A stretch of DNA of 64,000 nt from Actinomycetota bacterium (GTDB lineage: Bacteria > Actinomycetota > Acidimicrobiia > Acidimicrobiales > Aldehydirespiratoraceae), in assembly GCA_029979265.1 (NCBI GenBank), contig JAPOHW010000014.1, forward strand, positions 22,552-86,551. The letters run 5' to 3'. The notes beneath the pieces were generated by a model, which saw only the letters and a program-made list of their open reading frames with translations, searched no databases and was not told the origin of the DNA. The translations under genes and the position numbers were made by a program. Of this stretch, positions 48,455 through 58,786 are shown one piece after another (position 1 is the first letter of the stretch; the number at the start of each line of letters is the position of its first letter).

Positions 48455-50527
48455 GTGTCGGAGCGTCATCCCGAACTCGATGCTGAGCAGGCGTACCTCG
48501 ATTGGGCGTACGCGTGCCTGGAAGACGCCAGAGAGCGCGCCGCCGGGGTCACCAGCGGCTACGAACCCCAGCGGGGTGGCACCGAGCAGCATCGTCATGA
48601 GCGCGAGTCCATCGTGGAGGTCGCCGTGCAGCGGCTCACCCAGCTGAACCTCGGCGATCGGGCGCTCGTTTTCGGTCGCATCGACCTCGAGGGGACGGGC
48701 GAAGCCTTCTACATCGGTCGTCTCGGCGTCTGGGATCGCACGCAGGATCCGGTGGTCGTCGACTGGCGGGCACCGATCGCCGAGCCGTTCTACCGGGCGA
48801 CTGGACGCGAATCGATGGGCATCGAGCGACGGCGGCACTTCGCCACGCGCGGTCGCACGCTGCTCGGGATCGACGACGAACTGTTCGGCGACCTCGCCTC
48901 GGGAACGGCCGAGGGAGAGGTGCGGGGACAGGGGGCGCTGGTCGCCGCTATCGAAGCGTCGCGTACCGGCCGTCTGGGCGACATCGTCGCCACGATCCAG
49001 GGCGAGCAAGACGAGATCATCCGCGCCCCGATGGCCGGTGTTGTGCTGGTGCAGGGTGGGCCGGGGACGGGCAAAACCGTTGTGGCACTGCACCGCGCCG
49101 CCTACCTGCTCTACACCCACCGGTTCCCGCTCGAGGGCCAAGGCGTGCTCGTTGTCGGCCCCAACCGTTTGTTCCTCGCCTACATCGAGCAGGTGCTGCC
49201 GTCGCTCGGCGAGGCCGGAGTCGAGATCGCCGTGCTCGGTGACCTGTTGCGGCCGAGGGTGCGGGTCGACCGCCTCGACGACGAAGCGACCGCAGCCGTG
49301 AAGGGCGATCTCCGCATGACCAGGGTGCTCGCAAAAGCAGTCGATGATCGCGAGCGGCCACTTCGCGAAGACCTCCATGTCGGCTTCGGTGTGCAACGCC
49401 TGCGCCTCACCGTGGGCGACTCCCGAGCGATCATCCGAGAGGCCCGACGTCGGTCGCGGGGCCACAATTCCGGCCGCAAAGTCGTGGAAGAACTGGTCTT
49501 TGCGAAGCTGGCGGCGAGTGCTCGCAAGTCGGTCGAGGCCGCTGCGGTGCGGGAGCGACTGCGTGGCGAGTTGCCCCTGCGCGAAGCCCTCGAATGGATG
49601 TGGCCGGTCCTGACCCCGGCCCACCTGCTCCACGACCTCTTTGGATCCACAGCGCTGCTTCGCTCGGCCAATCGGGCCGGCACGGGGGCAACGTTCACCG
49701 ACGACGAGATCGTGCGGCTGTATCGGCCTCGCTCGAGACATGCCGAGGCTGTCATCTGGCGGTTCTCCGACGTGCCGTTGCTCGACGAGGCACGAGCGCT
49801 GCTCGGCTATCGACCCGGCAAACGGGACGAAGACGCAGTCCGTACGTACGGCCACATCTGTATCGACGAGGCTCAGGATCTCTCACCGATGGAGCTCCGC
49901 ATGGTCGGACGACGTTCGCTGAACGGGTCGATGACCGTGGTCGGCGACATCGCTCAGGCCACAGGGGCGTGGGCCAACGACGGGTGGGACAACGTCCTCG
50001 ACCGACTGCCCCGCAAGCGCGAGGTGCAACGCCGGGAACTGTCGATCGGCTATCGGATTCCGGGCCCGGCCATGACGCTCGCCAACCGAGTGCTGCCCCA
50101 TGCTGCGCCGGGCCTTCGGCCCCCTCGACCGGTGCGTGAGGACGGCGATGCCCCCACGATTCGCCGGCTCGACCGTCTCGCTGACGGTCTTGTCGATGTG
50201 GTGCTGTCGGAACTCGAGGCGGTTGGAGAGGGCAATGTCGCCGTGATCGTGCCCGACTCGCTTGTCACAGCGGTCAATGCCGTGTTCGAGTCGGCCGCCA
50301 TCGCGATCGGTGGTGCCAACCGTCACGGTCTCGACCAGCGGGTCACCCTGGTGCCGGTTCGACTGGTGAAGGGCCTCGAGGTCGACGCAGCAGTCGTGGT
50401 CGAACCGGCGCGGATCATCGAGGAGGAAGTGCAGGGGGTTCGATCGCTGTACGTTGCGCTCACGCGGGCCACGAAACGAATCGCGGTCGTGCATGTCGAT
50501 CCGCTTCCTGCGATGCTGCGCGAATGA
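48455..50527 (+). CDS. HelD-like SF1 helicase / RNA polymerase recycling ATPase
   Basis: FGRID, VDWRAP, DIVATIQ.EQD, GGPGTGKTVVALHR, IDEAQD, KGLE.D, LYVALTRA. Confidence 0.9.
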   Translation: MSERHPELDAEQAYLDWAYACLEDARERAAGVTSGYEPQRGGTEQHRHERESIVEVAVQRLTQLNLGDRALVFGRIDLEGTGEAFYIGRLGVWDRTQDPVVVDWRAPIAEPFYRATGRESMGIERRRHFATRGRTLLGIDDELFGDLASGTAEGEVRGQGALVAAIEASRTGRLGDIVATIQGEQDEIIRAPMAGVVLVQGGPGTGKTVVALHRAAYLLYTHRFPLEGQGVLVVGPNRLFLAYIEQVLPSLGEAGVEIAVLGDLLRPRVRVDRLDDEATAAVKGDLRMTRVLAKAVDDRERPLREDLHVGFGVQRLRLTVGDSRAIIREARRRSRGHNSGRKVVEELVFAKLAASARKSVEAAAVRERLRGELPLREALEWMWPVLTPAHLLHDLFGSTALLRSANRAGTGATFTDDEIVRLYRPRSRHAEAVIWRFSDVPLLDEARALLGYRPGKRDEDAVRTYGHICIDEAQDLSPMELRMVGRRSLNGSMTVVGDIAQATGAWANDGWDNVLDRLPRKREVQRRELSIGYRIPGPAMTLANRVLPHAAPGLRPPRPVREDGDAPTIRRLDRLADGLVDVVLSELEAVGEGNVAVIVPDSLVTAVNAVFESAAIAIGGANRHGLDQRVTLVPVRLVKGLEVDAAVVVEPARIIEEEVQGVRSLYVALTRATKRIAVVHVDPLPAMLRE

Positions 50528-51483
50528 CGGACACGGCAAACCCTCCGTACGACGTGTCGCTGTTGCCGCCCGCCGGTGATGCGCCTCGCTGTGCCGTGCA
50601 CACGGCATCGATTGCCGTCGATCTGGCCGGCTCAGCGCTGCATGTCGACGAAGTGGTGATGATCGATGTGCCGTTGCCGTGGCCCAAACCGGTGTGGGCG
50701 GCGGATGGGTTCACCCACGTCCCCGAAGCCGTCCTCGCTGCCGGCGACAACGGTCGTCGGGTGCGGGCACTGGCGGCGGTCCCGCTCGACGATGGTGTTC
50801 GGCGCATCGTTGCCTACGAACGTGCCGATGGGCTCGGCCCGATGGTCCGTCACGAGTGGCACGCCCCCGAGGACGAGATCCCCGCCTTGGCCGACCAGCT
50901 CGTGCGGGCCGGCGTGGGTGCCGGTGACCACGCTCGGGTCGATGGCGGATCGGGTCGTCGTGAGGTCGCCATCTGTGCGCAGGGCTCACACGACGTCTGT
51001 TGTGGTGCCGACGGGATGCGGCTTGTCAACGACGTGCGCGAGGCTCGGCCGGGCCTGTCGATCCGAATGGTGAGCCATACCGGAGGGCATCGCTTCGCCC
51101 CGACCGGCCTGACCTTTCCCGATGGTCGCATGTGGGGGTTCGTTTCCGTCGAGGAGATGGTCCGTATCGTCGACCGAGCCGGCTCACCGGCCACCGTCGC
51201 CGATCGTTGTCGGGGCTGGATGGGAACCGAACCCGTGGGTCAGGTTGCCGAGCGGGCCGTGTTCGCTGCGGTCGACGACTGGTCGGTCGACGACGCGGTC
51301 CGCACGGTCGAGGTGCGCGACAGCCCGGAAGGCTGGGCATGTGTGGTCCGGCTCGAGGGGCGGGTGTTCGATGTCGAGGTTGTGCCGGGACGGGCAGTGC
51401 CCTCGATTGCCTGCCGGGCCGACGGTGGCCTGCCGGCAAAGCCGGGTCGAGAGTTCCGGGTGGTGTCCGTGGCCCAACGGTGA
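50524..51483 (+). CDS. sucrase/ferredoxin-like (thioredoxin-fold 2Fe-2S) protein
   Basis: CAQGSHDVCCG and SHTGGHRFAP. Confidence 0.85.
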   Translation: MTDTANPPYDVSLLPPAGDAPRCAVHTASIAVDLAGSALHVDEVVMIDVPLPWPKPVWAADGFTHVPEAVLAAGDNGRRVRALAAVPLDDGVRRIVAYERADGLGPMVRHEWHAPEDEIPALADQLVRAGVGAGDHARVDGGSGRREVAICAQGSHDVCCGADGMRLVNDVREARPGLSIRMVSHTGGHRFAPTGLTFPDGRMWGFVSVEEMVRIVDRAGSPATVADRCRGWMGTEPVGQVAERAVFAAVDDWSVDDAVRTVEVRDSPEGWACVVRLEGRVFDVEVVPGRAVPSIACRADGGLPAKPGREFRVVSVAQR

Positions 51484-51588
51484 CCGTCCCGCCGCTCGAC
51501 TGCCAGGCGGGTTGCTGTCTCGGCGCAGTGCCGTTCGGCGCGTCGCCGGTGTGAAGTGATCAAGGGTGCTGCCGGTAGCGTGTAAAGC

Positions 51589-52665
51589 ATGCCTGACACG
51601 GCGCTGACTCCGAAAGGGTTCTCGGTCGACTCGGTTTGCGTTCGTCTTGCCGGCGGTGACGTGCTTCGTGGGGTCGATCTGCGCGCCGATCCCGGGCAAC
51701 AACTTGCCGTGCTCGGCCCGAGTGGCTGCGGCAAGACGACGCTGCTGCGGGCCCTGGCCGGGTTGCAGTCGATCGACGCTGGTGAGATTGCCATCGGTGA
51801 GCGGGTCGTGGCGTCTGCTTCGACGCATCTCGTCGCGGAGGATCGTGGTGTCGGCCTGGTGTTCCAGGACTGGGCGCTGTTCCCTCATCTGACGGTTGCG
51901 GCCAATGTGGCCTACGGCCTTCCCGCTGGTGTGCGCGGTCGCTGGTCGTTCGGTCGTCGGGGCCAGGCCCGCATGCGCTCGTCGGTGCAGCACCTCCTCG
52001 ACATGGTCGGTATCGGTGAACTTGCCGACCGGATGCCTGGTTCGCTGTCGGGTGGCCAACAGCAGCGGGTTGCGCTCGCTCGTGCCCTCGCCCCTGCCCC
52101 CTCGGTCTTGCTTCTCGACGAGCCGTTTTCGAGCCTCGACACCAGCCTGCGGACGTCGCTGCGAACAGAGGTGGCTGCACTGTTGCGCGAACTTGCGATC
52201 ACGGCGGTCTTCGTCACCCACGATCAGGATGAGGCGTTCGTGCTCGGTGACGAGGTTGCGGTGATGTGCGACGGCGTGGTCGTCCAGCAGGCCCCACCCG
52301 CCGAGCTGTACGCCCATCCATCCACGCCGTGGTTGGCCCGGTTCGTCGGAGATGCCGATGTGCTCGCCGGTGAGGGTCGAGGCGACAGCGCAACGACGGC
52401 GATCGGGCAGGTGCCGTTGGAGGCGATGACCGTCGGCGGAGTCGATGTCCTGGTCCGTCCCGAAGACGTCGTGCTCGAGGCGGGAGGTGACACCATCGTG
52501 TGTGCGGTTGAGTACTACGGGCACGATGCGGTGACCTCGGTGCGGGCGTTGTCGGGTGATGTGGTGCGCAGCCGCACGACGGGCGCTCCGGCGTTTGCGG
52601 TGGGGGATCGGGTGTCGGTGCGTCACTCGGGGGTGAAGAGCATCGCCTTCCCTCGTACAGTGTGA
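51589..52665 (+). CDS. Fe3+ ABC transporter ATP-binding protein (FbpC-like)
   Basis: GPSGCGKTT, VFQDWALFPH, LSGGQQQR, THDQ, TOBE domain. Confidence 0.9.
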   Translation: MPDTALTPKGFSVDSVCVRLAGGDVLRGVDLRADPGQQLAVLGPSGCGKTTLLRALAGLQSIDAGEIAIGERVVASASTHLVAEDRGVGLVFQDWALFPHLTVAANVAYGLPAGVRGRWSFGRRGQARMRSSVQHLLDMVGIGELADRMPGSLSGGQQQRVALARALAPAPSVLLLDEPFSSLDTSLRTSLRTEVAALLRELAITAVFVTHDQDEAFVLGDEVAVMCDGVVVQQAPPAELYAHPSTPWLARFVGDADVLAGEGRGDSATTAIGQVPLEAMTVGGVDVLVRPEDVVLEAGGDTIVCAVEYYGHDAVTSVRALSGDVVRSRTTGAPAFAVGDRVSVRHSGVKSIAFPRTV

Positions 52666-52678
52666 CAGATGTCATCTA

Positions 52679-52697
52679 TTAGGTACGCCTAACAACA
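52679..52697. promoter_or_regulatory. DtxR/IdeR-family operator (iron box)
   Basis: TTAGGTACGCCTAACAACA, 15/19 to TWAGGTWAGSCTWACCTWA, core dyad TTAGG-N4-CCTAA; abuts -10 TACGTT (52700-52705). Confidence 0.75.
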
Positions 52698-52713
52698 GCT
52701 ACGTTGCGTGACC

Positions 52714-53736
52714 ATGTTCAGCACAGTGCGCCTGCGTTCCGGCCTGCTTGCCCTCGCCCTGCTCGTGAGTGCGTGCGGTGCAGGCGAAGAAACCCGCGAC
52801 GACGGTGGCGCGATCACCGTCTATTCCGGTCGCAGCGAAGATCTCATCGGGCCCTTGCTCGATGCCTTCACCGCCGAGACAGGGATCGAGGTCGAGGCGC
52901 GCTTCGGTGATTCGGCTGAGCTCGCGCTCTTGATCCAGGCCGAGGGTGAGAGCTCACCCGCCGATGTGTTCATTTCCCAGAGTCCCGGTGCGCTGGGTCT
53001 GCTCGCTGGAGAGGGTCGTCTCGCCCCCCTCGGCGACGACCTCACGTCGCTGGTCGGTGCCGGGTTCAGCGCCTCCGACGGCACCTGGGTCGGCATCACC
53101 GGCCGGATTCGGGTGGTGGTCTACAACGCCGATCTTGTCGACACCGCCGATCTGCCCGATTCCGTGCTCGACCTGACCGATCCGGCCTATGCCGGGCGCG
53201 TCGCCGTTGCGCCCAGCAACGGATCGTTCCAGGACTTCGTCACTGCGATGCGCAACGAACTCGGCGACGACGCCACGCGTGCGTGGCTCGAGGGCATGGC
53301 CCGCAATGGTGCGCCGAACTACCCGAAGAATTCTGCCATCGTCGAGGCCGTCGGCCGGGGCGAGGTCGACATGGGTCTGGTCAACCACTACTACAACCTG
53401 CGCGCCCTCGAAGCGGACCCGTCGGTTGCGTCGGTCAACCACTTCCTTCCCGCCGACGACCTCGGTGCGCTCGTGATCGTCACCGGCGGTGCAGTCCTGG
53501 GCTCGAGTGAATCGCCGGCTGCCGCCCGGCAACTGCTCGAATGGCTGCTCGGCGACGCGGCGCAGGCGACCTTCGCCGCCCAGACCCAGGAGTACCCGCT
53601 GCGCACCGGTGTTGCGGGCCCCGCCGGGGTGCCGTCACTCGACGGCCTCGCCGTCGACACCATCGACTACAGCCTGCTCGGTGACGGTCTCACAGGAACG
53701 ATCGAGCTCATCCGCGCCAGTGGTATCGAGCAGTAG
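52714..53736 (+). CDS. Fe3+ ABC transporter substrate-binding lipoprotein (FbpA/FutA-like)
   Basis: lipobox VSAC, VYSGR, EG..SPADV, LVNHYY iron-binding tyrosines, EYP. Confidence 0.9.
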   Translation: MFSTVRLRSGLLALALLVSACGAGEETRDDGGAITVYSGRSEDLIGPLLDAFTAETGIEVEARFGDSAELALLIQAEGESSPADVFISQSPGALGLLAGEGRLAPLGDDLTSLVGAGFSASDGTWVGITGRIRVVVYNADLVDTADLPDSVLDLTDPAYAGRVAVAPSNGSFQDFVTAMRNELGDDATRAWLEGMARNGAPNYPKNSAIVEAVGRGEVDMGLVNHYYNLRALEADPSVASVNHFLPADDLGALVIVTGGAVLGSSESPAAARQLLEWLLGDAAQATFAAQTQEYPLRTGVAGPAGVPSLDGLAVDTIDYSLLGDGLTGTIELIRASGIEQ

Positions 53737-53761
53737 TTCGGCTCCGCCGAGGGTGCGGGCA

Positions 53762-55366
53762 GTGGGCGCTGTCCCTGACGCCGACGCGCCTCGGCTCGGG
53801 GTCGGGTCCGGGACGGTGGTCGTGGTGATCGGGCTGGTGTTCCTCAGCCCCTTCGTCTACGTGCTGTGGCGCAATGTCGATCTGGGCGCCGACGTCGGGG
53901 AGATCATCTGGGACGCCAACACGCTGCATCCGTTGCGCCGCAGTCTGTCGTTGGCGAGCACCGTTGCGTTGAGTTCGGTCGTCGTGGGAACCGGGTTGGC
54001 CTGGCTCACCATCCGAACCGATCTCCCCGGTCGTCGAATCTGGCGTGTCCTTGCCCCCCTTCCCCTGGTATTTCCGAGCTTTGTCGGCGCCACTGCGTTG
54101 CTGGCCGGTTTCGCGAGCGGCGGACTGGTCGAAGAGCTCCTCGGCCCACTCGGCATCGAGACGCTGCCGAGTGTTCGGGGCTATCGGGGCGCATGGCTGG
54201 TCCTCACCCTCTTCACCTATCCCTACGTCTACCTTCCGGTCGCAGCCCGGCTCTCGGCGCTTCCACCGTCTCTGGAGGAGTCGGCCCGGATCCTCGGACG
54301 GTCGCCGTGGTCGGTGTTTCGGACGGTGGTGCTGCCCCAGACCAGCCCGGCGATCTGGGCCGGTGCTCTGCTCGTGTTCCTGTATGCGGTCAGCGACTTC
54401 GGTGCCGTTGCGCTCCTCGGGTACGACACGCTGACCGAGCAGATCTACGCCGACCGACTGTTCAACCAACCGCGAGCGATGGGTCTGTCGCTCGTGCTCG
54501 GTTGCGTTGCCCTCGTGGTCGTGATGATGGAGCGGTCGCTCGATCGACGCCGGCAGCAGATCGAGGTGTCGCGTGCGCGAGCGTCGTTGTTGGTCGGGCT
54601 GGGCCGGTGGAAGCCGGTTGCGTGGATCGCCGTGGCCGGTTTTTTCGTCGCTGCGCTGATCGGCCCCGTGGCGGTGCTCGGCTTCTGGACCTGGCGGGGT
54701 CTCACCGCCGATGTCGAGACGGTCGGCCTGTCGACCGATCTGGGTGCGCTTGCCGGCCCCATCGTCAACTCCGCGCAAGCCGGGTTGCTCACCGCAGCGG
54801 TGGCGGTGGCCGTGGTGCTCCCGGTTGCCTGGGCCGCCGCCCGGCACCGCAGCCGGATGGCCGGGGCGGCCAACGCCATGGTGGTGGCCGGGTTCGCGTT
54901 GCCAGGCGTGGTCATCGCCCTGTCCATCGTGTTCTGGGCGATCGACACGCCGTTGATCTCGGCGTGGTACCAGACGCTGCCGCTCCTCGTCATCGCCTAC
55001 GTGCTCCACTTCGGTGCGCAGGCGACCCGCGCGGCGCGGGTCGCCGTCGATGCAACACCTCGTCGCATGAGCGACGTGGCTGCCACGCTCGGCGCCTCCA
55101 GAACGCGTCGGTTCGTCACTGTCGAGTTGCCGTTGATGCTGCCCGGTCTGCTGGCCGGGGCCGGTCTGGTCATGTTGTCGACCATGAAAGAGTTGCCGGC
55201 CACGTTGTTGCTTGCGCCGATTGGGTTCGACACGTTGGCGACCGAGATCTGGAATGCCGGTGACGCCGGGGCCCTTGCCCAGAGTTCCCTTGCCAGCCTG
55301 GTGCTCGTTGCGTTGAGCGGGGTGCTCACCTGGGCGGTGGTGCTGCGCCGGATCGACAACTACTGA
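53762..55366 (+). CDS. Fe3+ ABC transporter permease (FbpB-like, two EAA modules)
   Basis: YPYVYLPV, LEESARILG, SDFG, MKELPATL; start approximate. Confidence 0.88.
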   Translation: MGAVPDADAPRLGVGSGTVVVVIGLVFLSPFVYVLWRNVDLGADVGEIIWDANTLHPLRRSLSLASTVALSSVVVGTGLAWLTIRTDLPGRRIWRVLAPLPLVFPSFVGATALLAGFASGGLVEELLGPLGIETLPSVRGYRGAWLVLTLFTYPYVYLPVAARLSALPPSLEESARILGRSPWSVFRTVVLPQTSPAIWAGALLVFLYAVSDFGAVALLGYDTLTEQIYADRLFNQPRAMGLSLVLGCVALVVVMMERSLDRRRQQIEVSRARASLLVGLGRWKPVAWIAVAGFFVAALIGPVAVLGFWTWRGLTADVETVGLSTDLGALAGPIVNSAQAGLLTAAVAVAVVLPVAWAAARHRSRMAGAANAMVVAGFALPGVVIALSIVFWAIDTPLISAWYQTLPLLVIAYVLHFGAQATRAARVAVDATPRRMSDVAATLGASRTRRFVTVELPLMLPGLLAGAGLVMLSTMKELPATLLLAPIGFDTLATEIWNAGDAGALAQSSLASLVLVALSGVLTWAVVLRRIDNY

Positions 55367-55400
55367 GTGCCGACCCGGCTGCCGACGACGCTCGACCGGC

Positions 55401-56069
55401 TCAGTTCGCAGTCACGAGGATCCGGGCGCTCGCAAAGCCACCGACCCCGACGGCGGCGCCGCCGATGTGGACCGTGGCGGTCCCATCGGGTGACATCGCC
55501 GTGACCGTTCCCTCGGAGCCGGGCGTGATCGATGACGCCTCGAGAAAGTCGAGCATGCCCTCGGTGAACTCGAGTTCTTCGGGGATGCGCTGGACCACGA
55601 ACTGGTTTCCCACGCCGACTTCGTCGAGTGCGATCAACGCCGGTGCTTCGTAGGCGCTGCCCGGGATGGGGTTTCCGTGCGGGCAGGTGGTGGGGTCGTC
55701 GAGGCGGGCCATCATCGCCTTTTCGACCGTGGGAGAGATGACGTGTTCCCACTTGCCGGCTTCTTGATGAGCCTCGGCCCACGACAGACCGAGGATGTCG
55801 GTGAGGAAACATTCGGCCAGTCGGTGCCGGCGGACGACGATCTCGGCCAGGTGCATGCCCTTCTCGGTGAGGATGATCTCGCGGCCTGATTCCACCAGAC
55901 CCTCGGCCTCGAGTCGCTTCATCATTTCGCTGACAGCCGGCCGGGACACGTCCATGCGTTCGGCGATGCGGGCCTGGATGACGTCGAGGTCGTCCTCGTC
56001 GAGTTCGTAGATGGTCTCGCAGTACTCCTCGAACGCAGGGTGCCATTCCGGGGATTCGTACTCGGACAT
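55401..56069 (-). CDS. DtxR/IdeR/MntR family metal-dependent repressor with FeoA-like domain
   Basis: EEYCETIYEL, SRPAVSEM, RRHRLAE, EAGKWEH, CPHGNPIPG. Confidence 0.92.
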   Translation of the reverse strand: MSEYESPEWHPAFEEYCETIYELDEDDLDVIQARIAERMDVSRPAVSEMMKRLEAEGLVESGREIILTEKGMHLAEIVVRRHRLAECFLTDILGLSWAEAHQEAGKWEHVISPTVEKAMMARLDDPTTCPHGNPIPGSAYEAPALIALDEVGVGNQFVVQRIPEELEFTEGMLDFLEASSITPGSEGTVTAMSPDGTATVHIGGAAVGVGGFASARILVTAN

Positions 56070-56078
56070 GTCCGCAGC

Positions 56079-56987
56079 CTAGTGGCCTGGCGGGGTGCCG
56101 TCTCCGTCGCCGAGATGGGCCTCGAGCCATCCGTGGTCGAGGGTGGCGGGCAGACCGATCGCAACGATCTGCGACTGGCGCACCACACGGTCGGTCGGCA
56201 GGAGTGACCATCGTTCACCGACCCGTTGGAAGACGAGCGATCGTGCGGGGGTCGTGACCAGACCTTTGGCCCGCACGATCCCGGACGGCAGTGCGTCGGC
56301 CATTGCCCGCACCGTCGCCTCGTCGAGGGTGCCGCCGCGCCAGCTCCAGGTCTCGAACGGCACCCCATGGTCGTGGATGTGGCCCGGTTCGTGGTGATCG
56401 GCGCGCGGTTCGAGATCGAGCAGGATCCGAGGGTCGATCTCGGCGTGGGTTGCCGCCACGGTCGGGACGCTCGGGGCATGTTCGGCGACCACGGCTGCCG
56501 CCGCTGCCGAGTCACCGAGGTCGGCTTTGTTGAGCACGATCAGGTCGGCGGCGCGGAGCTGGGCCCGGATGGTCTCGCCGACATAGGGGTCGCTGACCTG
56601 ACGGCTGATGTCGACCGCGTCGACCAGCACGACGACGAGGTCGAGCCGATACGGCTTGGCATGGCAGTAGGCCGCGATACCGGCGGGATCGGCGACACCA
56701 CTCGCCTCGATCACGAGCCGCTGGGGGAGCGGCTCGACCATCGAGAGATCGTCGAGTGCACCGGCGAGCCCGTCGACCAGCGAACAGCAGATGCAGCCGT
56801 TGGGAAGCGTCACCGTTTTCCCGTCGCCCTGGTCGACGAGTTGCGCGTCGATGTCGAGTTCTCCGAAGTCGTTCACCATGATGGCGACGCGTTCGTCGGC
56901 GACTGAGAGCAGGTGATTGAGCAGGCTGGTCTTGCCGGCGCCGAGGTAGCCACCGAGCACGGTGACCGCGACGCGATCGCCGGTCAC
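56079..56987 (-). CDS. COG0523/CobW-family metallochaperone GTPase
   Basis: GYLGAGKT, VNDFG, GCICC, EASG, NKAD, His-rich DHHEPGHIHDH, RAKG. Confidence 0.92.
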   Translation of the reverse strand: MTGDRVAVTVLGGYLGAGKTSLLNHLLSVADERVAIMVNDFGELDIDAQLVDQGDGKTVTLPNGCICCSLVDGLAGALDDLSMVEPLPQRLVIEASGVADPAGIAAYCHAKPYRLDLVVVLVDAVDISRQVSDPYVGETIRAQLRAADLIVLNKADLGDSAAAAAVVAEHAPSVPTVAATHAEIDPRILLDLEPRADHHEPGHIHDHGVPFETWSWRGGTLDEATVRAMADALPSGIVRAKGLVTTPARSLVFQRVGERWSLLPTDRVVRQSQIVAIGLPATLDHGWLEAHLGDGDGTPPGH

Positions 56988-56991
56988 GGCC

Positions 56992-58656
56992 TCAGGCGCC
57001 GGTTGCGGCAGGGAACTTCTTGCCGCCGAGCACCGTGCCCCACACGCCGATGTTCTTGAGTTCCATCGGATCGACGTCGTAGGGGTCGTCGTCGAGGATG
57101 GCAAAGTCGGCGAACTTGCCCGACTGGATCGATCCGATCTCGTGGTCGAGTTTGAGTTGGCGGGCCGCGTCGATGGTGGCGCCTCGCATGGCGGTCTCGA
57201 CCGAGATGCATTCGTCGGGTCCGAGTGTCTTGCCGGTGGATGTCTGGCGGTTCACCGCACACCACATGACGTGGAGGTGACCCATGGGGGTGACCGGCGC
57301 GTCGGAATGGAACGAGAACGGCACACCGAGACGTTCGGCTGTGCCGCACGCATCCATACGGGCGGCCCGCTCGGGGCCGACGGTGAACTCGGCGTGTTCG
57401 TCACCCCAGTAGAAGATGTGGTTGCTGAAGATGTTGGCGTGCATGCCGAGCGCCGCCATCCGGGCGTACTGGGCCGGCGTGGTCAGCTGGCAGTGCTGCA
57501 CGGTGTGGCGATGATCCCAGCGGGGATGTCGTTCGAGCACGGCCTCGACCGCCGAGATGAACACCTCCGACGCCTCGTCGCCGTTGCAGTGGCAGTGCAC
57601 GGTGAGCCCGGCCCGGTGGAAGATCTCGAGCGTGTCGGGCATCGTCTCGGGGGCCATGACCCAGATGCCGTTCTCGGCGTTGCCTTCCGGCGGATTGTGG
57701 TAGTGAGGCCACGAGATCCGGGCGGTGAATCCCTGGATCGAACCGTCGAGCATCAGTTTGATGATGCCGAACTTGAGCTTGTCGTTCGAGGGGTTGTCGC
57801 GACGCTCGACTGCCCGCTGGGCGAGCTCGTGGAGATCCATCGGCCCACTGAACGTCGAGCCGGCAACCATGACGCGGGCCGGGTACTCGGGATCGTCGGT
57901 GACCTGACGCCACTCGTCGAGACCCTCGTCGGTGAACAGGCTGCCCCCGAGATCCGTGATGGTCGTGTGGCCGGCATTGCGAGCCTCGAAGGCGTACCCC
58001 CACTTCGTTTCGGGGCTGCTGATGTCGAGTCGCATTTTGCGAAAGCCCGACGTCGCCAGTCGCATCGCGGCGGGTTCTTGGAGTTCCCCGTTGGGTTTGC
58101 CGTCCTCGCCGAGTTGGATGCCGGGCGTTGGGTTGTGCTCGGTGATCTCCTCGCGACGGAGCATTTCGCTGTTGACCGTGGCGAGGTGACCGCTGGCGTG
58201 CTGGATGAAGATCGGGCGCGTCTCGGAGACGGCGTCGAGGTGGCGGCCGACCAAGCGCTCACCGCGCAGGTAGATCGGGTCGAGTCCCCAGCCGACCAGG
58301 GTCTCGGACGGATCGTCCATGTCCATCTCGGCTTCGCGCAGACGTTCCTGAATGGCCTCGATCGTTTTGCATCCGGCCCAGATCTTGCCGTCGGGAGCCC
58401 GTCGGTCGAAGAAACCCAGGTAGGTGTTTGCCCACATGCCGCCGGTCATGTTGTGGCTGTGGGCCTCGACGAAGCCCGGTGTGATCACATGGTCGACGAA
58501 GGTTTCGTCGACGGTGTGCGGTCCCCAGGCTTGCAGTTCGGCGAGATCGCCGACGCCGAGGATGCGATCGCCTCGCACCGCGACCGCTTCGGCGAATGGA
58601 AAGCCGGGATTCATCGTGATGATCCGGCGGCCGGGATAGATGACGGTTTCGTTCAC
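56992..58656 (-). CDS. amidohydrolase 3 (YtcJ-like) metal-dependent hydrolase
   Basis: PGFVEAHSH, HASGH, K..LDGSIQG, HCNGD, QHCQ, HSDAP, GKFADF. Confidence 0.88.
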   Translation of the reverse strand: MNETVIYPGRRIITMNPGFPFAEAVAVRGDRILGVGDLAELQAWGPHTVDETFVDHVITPGFVEAHSHNMTGGMWANTYLGFFDRRAPDGKIWAGCKTIEAIQERLREAEMDMDDPSETLVGWGLDPIYLRGERLVGRHLDAVSETRPIFIQHASGHLATVNSEMLRREEITEHNPTPGIQLGEDGKPNGELQEPAAMRLATSGFRKMRLDISSPETKWGYAFEARNAGHTTITDLGGSLFTDEGLDEWRQVTDDPEYPARVMVAGSTFSGPMDLHELAQRAVERRDNPSNDKLKFGIIKLMLDGSIQGFTARISWPHYHNPPEGNAENGIWVMAPETMPDTLEIFHRAGLTVHCHCNGDEASEVFISAVEAVLERHPRWDHRHTVQHCQLTTPAQYARMAALGMHANIFSNHIFYWGDEHAEFTVGPERAARMDACGTAERLGVPFSFHSDAPVTPMGHLHVMWCAVNRQTSTGKTLGPDECISVETAMRGATIDAARQLKLDHEIGSIQSGKFADFAILDDDPYDVDPMELKNIGVWGTVLGGKKFPAATGA

Positions 58657-58786
58657 GACAGTCCTTGCGCGCTCGATCGGTTGTGGGATTACTATCAGGC
58701 CAACTGGTAAAGACCTTAACGTAATCGTTAGGGTCCATAACTGGGGGAGACGGCGCCGCCGTCTCGGACAACAGGAGGGGACCTCT

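Noticed and set aside
47408-50527. Patatin plus helicase as an anti-phage defence system
   Set aside because: The genes are divergent, both are common actinobacterial housekeeping families, and there is no cyclase, nuclease or compositional anomaly
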